Shown: positions 39,556 through 51,756 of the stretch, piece after piece
How the letters are laid out: each line of letters opens with the position of its first letter
Position numbering within the stretch: the stretch's first letter is position 1
Source of the DNA: Schmidtea polychroa
Lineage: Eukaryota
Length of the DNA: 64,000 nucleotides
Assembly (NCBI GenBank): GCA_044892525.1
Contig: CM097888.1
Span: 61,008,001-61,072,000 of the forward strand
Direction: 5' to 3'
Position numbers and translations under genes: made by a program
The notes under the pieces: model-generated
Database searches by the model: none
The model's input: the letters and a program-made list of their open reading frames with translations, nothing else
What the model was told of the DNA's origin: nothing

Positions 39556-39825
39556 TTAATTTAGTTGAATGTTGATGGACGGTTTAATTTTTTGGATATA
39601 AAGTCTCTGTGGCTAATCTCTGCAATGTATTTTTGAACACATCTTATAACATTTTGCATTTTGTTTTGTGTATGAGTGGTGCTGATTTGTGCACCTTTTT
39701 CCAGTGTTCGTGATAATTGCTGGTTTTGTTTTTGACGTGTTCGTTGAGTCTTGTTTGGAACGTTCTATGGTATCGCCTATGTACAATGCGTCACATCTTG
39801 TGCAAGTAATTTGTACGTTTTGGCT
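39556..39825 (-). pseudogene. Penelope-like element GIY-YIG endonuclease relic
   Basis: Minus strand with frameshifts: VQITCTRCDALYIGDT / RTFQTRLNEH..S..HEHWKKVH / LYIQKIKPSINIQLN*. This shows the CxxC-YIG, RxxEH, His pair and YI...PxIN pattern of Penelope-type endonucleases. Confidence 0.75.
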
Positions 39826-41433
39826 TTGTTATATATTCATCAAGACATTAAAATAAGTCCGGATTAAATACTTTCTGAATTAATGATGGGACAAAGACGA
39901 ATTAATATTATATTGTAATATATTCTATGTTATATACATTGTTAATTATTAGTAATAAATTTTTTAATTATCTTCAAATATTTTTTTCTATTTTCCGTGT
40001 AAACTTTTAACATTGCTCGATTAATTGCAATAATTAATAACCACACTTCCCTCCTGGCTAAGTCACTGGATAGCACAACAAATAAATTTAAATAAACATA
40101 AATATAAAAATTAATCAAACAATAATAAACATAAAGTATAATTAAATATTTTAACTTCATAATATAATATTAAATATATATTCTAATATAATAATTAGAA
40201 TAATATAATATAATAATAAAAAATATACTATACAAATTTGCGGCATGGTGGTTGAGATCGATTTTGTTCAAATGTGTCAAACTCGTTTGAGCCAATGGGC
40301 ATTTTATTGGCCAATAATAATGATTACGCGGCCGCATAATATTTAAATACACACACAAACAATGTCGTTTCTAAATTTAAACCATGTCCCACTAGTTCAT
40401 GGGTGTTTAACCTTTTGCGGCATCTGGGCCGCATGTTAAATTTAACAAAAATATTGGAATTTCATACATTCATTTCATCCACGCGAAAGATTTTAAATAA
40501 AGGTTTCATATTAAAATAAAACAACACAAAAATTTAGACATTATCCATCATTTTAAGCACCCCTCCCTGGTGATTATTTATTGACTTTTATAATGAATAT
40601 AAATTATCAAAATAATGTCACTGACAAAATGAAAGGAGGATGAGATGAAAATTTGAGATGTTTTCATTGGAACTGATTCATAAATTATGGAAAATTGTTT
40701 AATTTCAATTAAAAGATCCAGTAAATCATTTTCTTTCACAGTCAAAATTTATTGGAGTTAAAACAACACAAAATGATCTTTTTCAAAGGCGAAAAACATG
40801 TAGAACCGTTTCATCAAAAAGGCTAAAAAAATAAGGTCTAAATAACAAAATTTTAAATATACAAGTTTTAATATTAATATAAAAAATATTTGATTTTGCA
40901 AATTATGACATATTTAAGTATTACTTAAAAAATATAATATATAAGTTAAAATGTTTAAAAATTAAAAGAGAGAAGTCTAAATTTATTTCAAACTACCACA
41001 AAGTTACTTTCCTAGACACATTGGTTTTAAGAGGAATTCCTCTTCAATATTCTGGTTGTTCATGACTGAAAAAATTATAAAATAATGTATAGTAATTCAA
41101 ATTTTAATTTATTTTATAGATTACAGCTAAAGCATAAACTTAACCTGATAATGTACACATTCTCTATTAAAATACATAAATTTCATTTTAGTATGCGATG
41201 TTACGTTTTATTATTATTTTATCGTTGTCTAAAAATTCACGTTAATATATGCATGTAATGTGACTGTATACTTTAATTGAATTTAAAACTTTAAATGTAA
41301 CATAAACACTATCTAATTAATGTATACATTGTCTAAATTTAGGCTTTAACTGTAACAAATACAAAGCAAAATTTATGTTTTTATTTAACTTGAAAAAATC
41401 TACTAATTTGACATTTTCAAGTTTAACAATTGT

Positions 41434-41872
41434 CAGCACCGGCTTGAACATTTGCGGGGCCATGTGCGAGGTTAACCGCGGGGTTATTTTTTATTAATTT
41501 GCTTTGCTTTTTTTCAACCTAAGAGATTGCAATCTGCTATAGTAAATTACTAATATAAAATATGATTGACATCACATCGTTGCATGTATAACATATTTCA
41601 ATAAGTTATTTACAAACTTAAATAAAAATATACATATATACATATATAACAATTTTCTATCAGTATTTTGAAAACTGCAATGCAATTATAACTTTGAAAA
41701 ATGGAAATCATTAGTATCTTTATTTTAACTTTTAAAGAAACTGTTTGAAATGAAGGAAATTTTAATATATTGTGTAAATTTCTAATTTTTTTCTTGTATT
41801 TTTCTTGTAAACTTTCCAAAATGCGGGGCCAGGTGCAGTCGCACCTTCGCACACCCTATCCAGCCGGCCCTG
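41434..41872. mobile_element. hAT-type MITE, ~440 bp
   Basis: TIRs cagcaccggcttga and (reverse complement) cagggccggctgga. A GC-rich subterminal gcggggcca occurs at both ends. The flanks share only aattgt (degenerate TSD). Confidence 0.6.
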
Positions 41873-43887
41873 CCAAATTGTTTGTCAAATAAAAAAATTG
41901 CATCATTATATTTTTTAAATATATTTTCATGAATTTAAATACATTTTTAAAATTCAATTTCCTCTTCCTTCATTTCTTATTTATTTAACACATGTTTTCG
42001 GAACATCTTATTTCACGTGTTTAAAAAGGTTAAAATATTCTACTAATATTATCTTTATAATTATTTAACTTTTGACATTCTCGGTTTTTTTTCTAAATTA
42101 GACATCATTGAGATTCAAAGAATCTTTTTTAAAATCAAATCCAATTTGGCTGGTAAAACATTAAAAATTAGAATCACCACAAAAATAGTTGTTTTATTGA
42201 ATGCATAAAATTATAAATAAACTTTTCGTTATAAATTCTTGTTTGAGACAAAAACAATCAGTATTCTCATCGAATGAATGGTAACTCAATTAGCCTGATG
42301 TAAAATTCGAGTTTCGGACGAAGATAATCTGAAATGGAAATTAGCAACAAGTAAAAAGTCTAGAAACTATTTTTTTCGTTTTCATATAAAATAGTTTTTC
42401 CCCACCTAATAAATTAATTTTTCAGTTGCATGAGTTAATTAAAAATAAATTTTTTAGAATAATCATATATAAATAATTAAAAAATTAGAAATAAATAGCA
42501 TTATCACCATGAAGACTGAAGATAATGGGTTTTAATAGATTAAGGAAAATAAATTTAAAAAAATAATTATAATTTTTAATTATTATTTAAATATATTTTA
42601 ATTTATTATTATTTTTTTTAATTCAAATGAATTTAATTTTAGTGTTTAGTTTTTATATTTTACACTTTTTACACTATTTGACGTTTTGTGACATTCCCAA
42701 ATTATTGAGAATTGCTTTCACTCAAGTTATTAAATTTAAAATTAATTCATCCATAGTTTCAGTTAAAAATTGTTTAAAAACCTCCAGCTTGTTATCAAAT
42801 TTTTGTATGTTCAATCCTTTAATTTTGAGATAACCCAATGCGCTTTTTGCTTTTAAACGGAAGAAATATCTCATATTATTCTAACAGAAAATAATCAGTG
42901 GCAAAATTGGAAGAAAAAAGTTCTAATATATATAATCATAAATAATCGTAAATTTGACTTTAATTCTCTTTTGTCTCTCTTCCTGTTTTACGATAAACTT
43001 GTCATTATTAATAAAAATAAAATATAGAAATTAATAAAAATTATGAAGCTCTTCAACTACTTTCACTATCATATCATCGACAGGATAATTGCAGTGAATG
43101 ATTATTTCCTGTCATGATTATGTCTCCTCAAATTCAACTTCGTGTTTAGTGCCATTCTTGAAAATAAGTTAGTCTAAAACGCCACCTAAACAATGAAGAA
43201 AATATAATAAATACCTGATTTTAAACCATTGCACAAAATGTTTGCATATTCAAGTAATTGAATACAATGGCAATAATACCTGTAGTGAGTATTGAGTATC
43301 TTTGTTAATTTAACTCTAAATTTCTTTTTATTTAAACGAAATTACACTTTTACTTAATTTTACATTAATTATTTACAGATTTAAGTAGGTTGTTTCGTGG
43401 TAAAAAATTCTTCAAGTTGACTGCATTAAAATTCGGAAAAAGTCACAAAAGACACACGTAATGTCGAAACTGGATAGGAATAAAACAAAGAAATAAAAAA
43501 GAGATTTTGTTTTCTGTGAACATTCTTTAATTGACTGCAATTATTCAAATATCGACAATAATTACAGTGCTTGGCAATTTTGTGAATAAATTATTTGAAT
43601 TATTGCCATTGAAGGTTTTAAGGTTCATTAAGTATTGAAATATTAAACACATTATCAAATTCAATCACACGCTATTTATAAAAATTAATTCATTTTCTTT
43701 AATTGCTTTTGGAAATCATGATTATATAATTTAAAGGATTTATTTAAATTACTTCAAAGAATTAATTTTAGAGGGTCAAAAACTCATATAAGATGGTCAT
43801 CTAGCTAGTATCGCAAATAATTCAAAAGTTTTACTTTGATATTGAGCTTCGTCATTGATACCTATTTATTATTATTATTATTATTAT

Positions 43888-44003
43888 TGTAGCCATCCAA
43901 ATATTAAAATATAAAATGTTTTAATATTAGGATAGTTTGTTTAAATATTCAAACATTATTATTAAAATATAATTTGAAATGTCAGCGTGTTCTTCTCCCA
44001 ACA
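43888..44003 (+). repeat. 5' LTR (116 bp)
   Basis: TGTAGCC...CCCAACA; identical to 47821-47936 by eye. Confidence 0.97.
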
Positions 44004-44740
44004 ATGGTGTCAGAAATGTGATTGATGAAAACAGTCACATCAGAACCAAGATCCCGCAGTATTTTGAAAATACTGTAACTTGGTTTGCTCAAGTAGATGC
44101 TGCATTTCAAATGGCAAACATCAAAAGTGAAAAAACAAAATACTTGCATCTCTTGACCAGTCTACCACCAAGAATATTAGAAGAATATTCAGATGCATTG
44201 AAACCGAACAGTCAGAACCCATACTCTCTGCTCAAGGAAACAATCATCAAAGAAACAGCGGAGTCAACTTCAGAAGCTGCAACAAAGATTTTTCAAAGAC
44301 AAGAATTGGGAGATAGGAAACCAACACAACTACTTAGAGAATTGAAGAAGAATTTTAAAATATTAGAACCAGATGCCGACGCATCAAAAAGCAACATCTT
44401 ACGGCATCAATTTATTAAAAGTATGCCAAATCAAATTCAACATTTTCTGATATCGAGCAACGCTGATCTGGACGAACTAGCAGCAATTGCCAACACCCAC
44501 ACGTCACTAAACCAATGCCAAGGACTCAACGCATTTTCCAACAGCAACGAAGAGTACCGAAATACAATTCAGAAGATGCAAGAAGAAATCAATGTCCTCA
44601 AACAAGTTCACCACAGACAAAGTGACAACTCCGAACTTTGCTACTATCACAAACGATTTGGCAGGCGAGCCATGAAGTGCCAAAAACCCTGCTCATGGAA
44701 AGAAACTCAAACGTCGGGAAAAGCCAACGGATCTCAGTAA
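43979..44740 (+). CDS. gag: Gag polyprotein, 253 aa, intact
   Basis: N-terminal motif WFAQVDAAF..TKY, DRKPTQLL, and C-terminal CYYHKRFGRRAMKCQKPC (Cx2Hx9Cx3C, the CHCC knuckle characteristic of the CsRn1 clade). Confidence 0.9.
   Translation: MSACSSPNNGVRNVIDENSHIRTKIPQYFENTVTWFAQVDAAFQMANIKSEKTKYLHLLTSLPPRILEEYSDALKPNSQNPYSLLKETIIKETAESTSEAATKIFQRQELGDRKPTQLLRELKKNFKILEPDADASKSNILRHQFIKSMPNQIQHFLISSNADLDELAAIANTHTSLNQCQGLNAFSNSNEEYRNTIQKMQEEINVLKQVHHRQSDNSELCYYHKRFGRRAMKCQKPCSWKETQTSGKANGSQ
44005..44022 (+). promoter_or_regulatory. Primer-binding site, probably tRNA-Leu(CAA)
   Basis: TGGTGTCAGAAATGTGAT, 1 nt after the LTR. It matches 16/18 to the complement of the animal tRNA-Leu(CAA) 3' end as recalled (TGGTGTCAGAAGTGGGAT). 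Confidence 0.75.
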
Positions 44741-44778
44741 GTCCGGCGACTGGGATCCTAAGTGTACAATCAATGCCG
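44716..44778 (+). promoter_or_regulatory. Putative -1 ribosomal frameshift signal
   Basis: G_GGA_AAA in the gag frame (44716-44722), a 6-nt spacer, then a 10-bp stem 44729-44738/44749-44758. Pol is in the -1 frame. Confidence 0.75.
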
Positions 44779-45274
44779 TTAACAATCAAATCAATCTTCA
44801 CAGTGCCAGCAAAACATATGAGTAATTGTTTTTACTTTCTAATTGATTCAGGTGCAGATGTGAGCGTGCTACCATCGAAACATTTCTCTGCAGATTCCGG
44901 GACACCCAAAAATCACCTGATATCAGCGAACAACTCAACAATTACTGTATTTAGCCAAAAACGAATACAATTAACCATTGAAGGACTATCAGGTCAATTC
45001 GAGTGGATATTTACAGTTGCCGACGTCAACAGGCCGATCCTCGGAGCCGATTTTCTTGCACATTATGACATACTAACAGACTGTAAAAGAGCTCAAATCA
45101 GAAGAGAATCTCAAATCGCAACGGGGAATGTCAACAAAACACTCCAATCTATTTGTCCTATTACCGACATCGCAATGAGAATCGACACCACTGGCCCCCC
45201 TATTGCACAGAGAGCACGTCGACTGGGTGGAACAATTCTCAAATCCGTTCGACAAGAATTTGACATACTATTAA

Positions 45275-45515
45275 CCCTTTCCAGCCCAGTGATTCCAAAT
45301 GGAATCATTAGTTAAAAACTCAGTTTTTTTCTCTCTACTACCAAAACGGTTGGCAGTAACTAGTGAGAACTACAGTAAGATATGTTTTTAACAGTTGGCA
45401 CAAGGGGGCAACAAAAAAAATGAAGTAAAATATTTTTATGATAAAATAAGTAGTTTTGGTACCTACTTACTGCATAATTTTTTTTTTGTTTTGAAAAAAT
45501 TTGGGCTGGAAAGGG
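45275..45515. mobile_element. piggyBac-type MITE (241 bp) nested in the retrotransposon pol gene
   Basis: Perfect 14-bp TIRs CCCTTTCCAGCCCA (45275-45288) / TGGGCTGGAAAGGG (45502-45515), with TTAA TSD at 45271-45274 and 45516-45519. Confidence 0.95.
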
Positions 45516-47811
45516 TTAAAGAAAAATATCATTCGTGAGAGCAAATGTGAATGGGCATCTCCTCTAGTAATTGTCAAAAAGAAAGATGGGACTCACCGTC
45601 CTTGTGGCGATTACAGACTACTTAATGCTGTAACAAAAGCAGATCCATTACCCAGGATCTCAGATATTCTAGATCAAATTGGAAAAAGTGCAATTTTCTC
45701 AACATTTGATTTTGAAAAAGCTTATCATCAAATACCAATACGGACCGATGACATCAATAAAACCGCAGTCATCACGCCATTTGGACTTTATGAATACACA
45801 ATGATGCCTTTCGGTCTAAAGAATGCCTCACAAACCTTCCAAAGACACATAGACAAAATTCTCCGACCATACAGGGAATTCACTCTCTCCTACATTGACG
45901 ATATAATTGTATTCTCCAGAAACATGGAAGATCATCAGAAACATTTGGACATAGTAAGGAATCTGCTTAAAGACCACTCATTAAAGATAAAGGAGGAAAA
46001 ATGCTCAATTGCTCAGAAAGAGGTCAATTTTCTTGGATTCAATATATCGTTTTCGGGAATAAGACCAAATCCTGCAAAGGTTCAAGCACTAATCACGTAT
46101 ATTAAACCGAACAATGCTAAGGGTCTTAGACGGTTCATTGGAGCAGTCACGTTCTACCAATGGATGACACCAAATTTATCAGAAACAATGGCACCATTGC
46201 ACGACATGGTGTCAAGAAGTTCGAAAAATAAATCTAGCCTGATATGGACAGAGACAGAGTCGAGGGCATTTGAAGACTCCAAACAGAAACTAATAAATAT
46301 AACCAAAGTCATTTCCCCAGACTTCGACAGAAAGTTCATTCTGTGTACTGATGCGTCAAACATAGGAATCGGTGCCAGTCTTAACCATGAACGGTGCGAT
46401 GGAAGCCTTCAACCAATATCATTTTTCTCAAGGAAACTCAGCTCAACAGAACAAAAATATTCAACATTTGACAGAGAGCTGCTTGCAGTTTACCTGTCCG
46501 TTAAAAATTTTAAGCACTACCTGGAATCAAACGAATTCTGTCTAAAAACTGATCATAAGCCGCTCATTCACATGAGTTCGATGAAAAACCCTTCAAATCG
46601 TCAATGGCGATGGATCAACTACATTTACCAGTTTAACTTCAACATTCATCACATAAGAGGTCAAGACAATCAAGTTGCTGACTTTCTATCGCGACAAATG
46701 GAGACAGAACCTCAAGAAGCCATAGTTAATAATATCAAGCTAACAGAATTAATTATCCAACAAAAAGACGAATCCTTTATTAAATCACTGAAATCAACGA
46801 CTTTGAAGTTACAGGAAACTGAAAATGGCGTTCTTGTTGATGTCAACAACAACATCGTCAGGATAATTCTACCCGAAGTCTTTAGACGGCTAGAATTCAA
46901 CCGTCTACATAACAGGTGCCACCCTGGGGCAAATGCGATGATCAAAAACAGAAATATGTTTGGCCAAAAATGAGAAGTCAGATACGTAAATGGTGTAAAG
47001 AATGCGAATCATGCCAAAAGAACAAGATAAATAGACATACTAAATCAAAACTAGGACAACTACCAGACAGAGGTAAATTTAAAATAATTCATATTGACAT
47101 AGTAGGTCATAGTAGTCAACAACAAAAGGTTTCTTTTGACAATCATTGACAGATTCTCCTCATGGCCGGAAGCCTTTGCAATAAATGAAATAAACAGCTC
47201 AAGCATAGTTAATATACTCGAAAAAGAATGGATTCCTCGATATGGAGCGCCAGAAATTGTCATTACTGACAATGGCAGACAATTTGTCTCATCAACTTTC
47301 AAGGAGCTGTGCTCAAAATATGCCATCGAACATCGACATACAACTGCATACCATCCTCAGTGTAATGGCAAAGTCGAAAGATGGCACAGAACATTAAAAG
47401 CAGCTCTTCGAACACATTCCGACAATGCCAATAGAAGTTGGGCTAACGACATACCGGCAGTTATGCTTGGCTTAAGAAACGTCACATCAGAAGAAACCGG
47501 TCTATCACCAATGCAAGCGGTTTTTGGAACCGATTCCAGAATGCCAGGTGACATCGTACTAAAAAAATTGAAGAAACGCAAATGCAACGAAAGGTCATAC
47601 TTTCCGAAAGAATTAAAAACATGCAGTCACGTATGGATGGTCAAAGAATCAAGGTCTCCCTTCAACCAATATATGAAGGACCCTTCAAGGTCATTAGTCG
47701 CAGTGAAGATTTCAAAACATATCAAATTGAACAAAATTCAAAGATAGTCAGAGTCTCAGTTGACAGACTAAAAGCCGCATTTTCAAGTTAAGATACTCCA
47801 TAATCTACGTT

Positions 47812-47820
47812 GGGGGTTTA
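47812..47820 (+). promoter_or_regulatory. Polypurine-tract-like element
   Basis: GGGGGTTTA immediately 5' of the 3' LTR; short and imperfect. Confidence 0.5.
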
Positions 47821-47936
47821 TGTAGCCATCCAAATATTAAAATATAAAATGTTTTAATATTAGGATAGTTTGTTTAAATATTCAAACATTATTATTAAAA
47901 TATAATTTGAAATGTCAGCGTGTTCTTCTCCCAACA
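47821..47936 (+). repeat. 3' LTR (116 bp)
   Basis: Identical to the 5' LTR. Confidence 0.97.
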
Positions 47937-47970
<34 letters not shown>

Positions 47971-50900
47971 TCTAGTCTTTAAGTATATAGTGTATAAGTA
48001 TAAAAATAATGGTTGATTAGTAGCAACATAACTTAAATGTTAAACAAATTAATGATAAAAGAAGCCTTTTGCCATAAAAAGCTTTTCTTATCATTTACTT
48101 GTGTGATATATAGTTTAGGTAATTATTATAGAATAATTTAAAAATAGTAAAAAAAATTGTAAATTGAAGAGGAAATAAACGTCTAGGTATCAACCAAAAA
48201 TATTTTATAAAATGGCACAAATTCACTAAAGATATATTTCCAAACGTTTGACATTTGAATATCATGTATTATAATGTTTAAATGATGTTCTTCTTTAAAT
48301 GAAACTAACATAAACTTTCAAAAAACGTTAATAAATATTAAAGATAGTTAGCTCTATGAAACAGAGAATAAAAATGAAAATCTAATAATTAGAGAAACTG
48401 AATAAATAAGTCATTGAAATGAATAAATTAAATTGAAAACAAAAGTCATAATAAATTGAAAAAGTTAAAAATTTTAGAAAATATCCAAATAGGCAAGTCA
48501 AGTTTTTAGTATATGTAGCCTTAATTTTTCTAAAGAGTCATACTATGAAATTTTACAAACAAACAAAATTATCTGCTTCGATGTATTATTGTCTCATAAG
48601 TGATATTATAAACCAAAGAACGTAAATTACGATAAGTTTAGCCATAAATTAAAATATAGTATAAGATATAATTAATTTATATAAAATAAACACAAAATTA
48701 AGAACAAAGGCATAAGTTACGGGGATTTGCTAATGACAGAAAAATAATTTTGGTGAGAAAAATAAACTACAAACACATACATTACACACAACAGCATTAA
48801 AAAAAGGATAATAAAAGTTGTGAGAAAAACTGCATTGTTTAAAAAAACCTTTTTCAAAAATACCTGAGACCACAAAAAAACTATGAGACCAACAATGCCT
48901 CTTCACTATAGCCAGCGTTTCACATTGACATAACTCATGTGACCCACTGGACCATCTTTTAATTGACATTTGTTAGGGCAGCGGCCACTATCTGCCTACT
49001 ACTTACACGTAAAAACACTCATTTACATAAAATAATCTCGAATCGTCACGAATCAAGTTTAACTGGTGATTTGGCTAGACACTACAAATGTCCTTAGTTA
49101 TATTTATAAGTTAAATATAATAAAATGTCATTAAATAATAAAGAAACACGTGGGAAAGAATATTATAGAAAATTTATATGAATTATGATTCTGTGATAAT
49201 TGAGAAAACATTTTTTAGACTTTCAAATTATTTGTAGCGGAGTAAAATATTTTTAGCGGATGTCAAACATTAAAATAATATAAACATTACAAGCTTTGTG
49301 ATACCCAGTGCAAATCCCTATAGTAGACTTGTTTTAGTTTTATAATTAATTATTTTAAAAACATTTTTTATTTGATTTTTTTAAAAATTAATTTTGATTT
49401 ACAATATCTAGTCAATTGTCATATTTGAAATGATCTTCATTTTTATTTCTCCTAAATGACAACATCAAGATTTATCTTGACAGCTGGTTTAATTTATTTT
49501 GCAAAACAGCAATAAAAAATTTCACAATTTTCGTAATAAAAATCCAATAATATTTTTAGCAAATGTAATTGACAGTTTATTTGTTATTATTAGTCAAGAT
49601 TGACATTGCTTATTAATGAACAAAATTTTTAAAATAATTAAAAAAAATATTAAATTCAAAATCTATATTTCAGATCTTATAAAAAAGTAAAAACTTAAAA
49701 AATTTCCTAATATATTTTCAACTTTTTGTGAAGAGTTTAAAATATATCCTATTTAATCTTTTTACTTTAACTTACTTTTCTTAATTTATTTTTCATAAAA
49801 ATAATGTCATTTTTTGTAAACAATGCTCCAAACAATCTTTAATATTAAAACATTTGAGAAATATTAACATTATTTGTCTTAGAGAATCAAGCTAACTTTG
49901 CATTCCCTTATATAGGGGCAATCCGATATTAATCAATCCAATTTCAAGCCATATCATTATTCTCCAATATTCTATTATTATTATTTATAACAACATAAAG
50001 AGACACATTGAAACATTTTTATTATTTATATTTAATGTTTCTTTTCCTATCCCCTTACATCTTTTCTATTGGGAAATTTTGATATATCAAATTTGCACTT
50101 ACTTTGGTTTTTCGAATGCTAATTATATTTGAATTTTAATTTCTTTACACGCAAATCTTTGCGCATTTAAAATTATTTTTATATAGTAAAATTACGGACA
50201 ACCAATTCCTTGATTTGTTACTGAGTGCTTATCAAAAAATGTCACAAAGTTAATTTTTATTAATAAAAGAATTTTGATTACAAATAGTGCCTTAAAAAAC
50301 AAAACTTATAAAGATATACTATTGAACAAACATAATTTAAAAATAAATTTAGTTAATATTAAAAACAAAAAAAGCGATGGGGACGTTTACTGCTGATAAT
50401 AGTGTAACAATGGGACAATCATATTCGGAAATTATCTGCCTTCGAAATCGTTTGTACGAAAAATTGAACATTGAAATAATAATCTTTTTTTGCTATTCAT
50501 TTGCTTGAAAATTTGTTTTTTTACTAAACAAGAATTAAATTTAAAAATTCTCCCGGCTATTCAAACAAAATATTTAATTGATTATAATAATATAATATTG
50601 TTTCAATAAAATTAAATATTAATATAGTCTATATTTTATTTTATAAATAAAGTACAATTTTAATTATATAATTAATTCATATACGTAATAATTGCAGTGT
50701 CGTATAATAGTACATTAAATTTTGTTCAGAAAAAACATTTGCGATATAAAAATACACTCACAATTGTCTTCAAATTAGAATCCCATACAATGATATGTTA
50801 TTTACAAACATTTAAACAAATATTATTAAACTAAAATGTTAATTATCAGGTGACACTTGATAAAGCCTGTGCCAAAATATCGTGTACCTTATAAATTGTT

Positions 50901-51756
50901 TTGATCTCTAGTTTAACAAATATTAAAATTATTGAATTGAAATATTAATATAAGAAATTATAAATTCCGTATGTTAAATTATTATTTTATTTATTTATAA
51001 TTTCTTATATTAATTATAGTTTGGATCCGAATAAATTATAATTTATAGTTATTATGAGTTCTATAATTATTTTCAAATCTTAGAAAGGGAAAAATAATAG
51101 TCAAATAAAGGGAATTTCTGTGAATATTAAGGAATCATTGAATTAATAAAATTTTAGATTTTTATGGACCGCCTGATAATTTTATTCACGGCAATAAAAA
51201 CGGAGCCTATTTCTTCAATGAGAATGATAAAAAGATGTCTCAATAGAGATATGTCGAAGAGAGATAGGAAAACTAATTATAAGATTATCCTAAATGTGTA
51301 ATATAAACTTTCTAAGAAAAATAAAGGTTTCTTGACTATGGGTTTTAAAGAACGGATTGTATAATGCAAAAAGAGGGACATAGTTCTTGATACAGATGTA
51401 AACAACAGTTTTCATTGACAGGACCTTAAAGTTTATGAAAATAATTGAAGACTTTCTTGAATTAAATTTACTTTGAATAAACAGTTACAGATTCATATTC
51501 ACAATATATTCTCATGATCAGTGTCATATATCAAAAATCATTGTCACTAAGTTTTTAAAAAATTTTTAATTAAATATTGCATCATTTGAAAATTACAATA
51601 AAAAACAAAATAAAATGATAAATATTTTTTTCAAGGTAAATAATGAATGATTTTCGAGATACCTTGCAAACGTAAGATCAAAATAATGAAGATAATAAAA
51701 ACAAATAAATTTAATATGATCAAAAGTAAAACAATTTGTTTAGATTTATTATAATT

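Larger units (their letters stand above)
44716..47791 (+). pseudogene. pol: Pol (protease-RT-RNase H-integrase), interrupted by a MITE and three frameshifts
   Basis: FLIDSGAD (PR); WASP, RPCGDYR, FGLKNA, YIDD (RT); TDAS, RELLA, TDHKPL, DFLSR (RH); HHCC, HIDIVG, TDNG, NGKVERWHR, YEGPF (IN). Frameshifts near 46945, 47120 and 47660; MITE at 45275-45515. Confidence 0.92.
43888..47936 (+). mobile_element. Full-length Ty3/Gypsy LTR retrotransposon, CsRn1/Boudicca/Kabuki-like clade
   Basis: TG...CA LTRs, PBS, gag with a CHCC zinc knuckle, PR-RT-RH-IN domain order, a G-rich PPT, and ATTAT flanks on both sides. Confidence 0.97.

Noticed and set aside
40269-40445. Degenerate Charlie-like hAT MITE (gtgtcaaactc...gggccgcatgtt)
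   Set aside because: No matching TIR pair or TSD remains.
45289-45521. MITE acting as a spliceable intron (GTGATT donor to AAG acceptor would keep the pol frame)
   Set aside because: Both sites are weak (a purine-rich AAG acceptor far from the T tract), so the in-frame result could be chance. It would need junction reads.
44598-47587. Antisense ORFs within the retrotransposon (also 60331-60525 and 61702-61998 in the hAT)
   Set aside because: Short shadows of real coding strands with no recognisable motifs.
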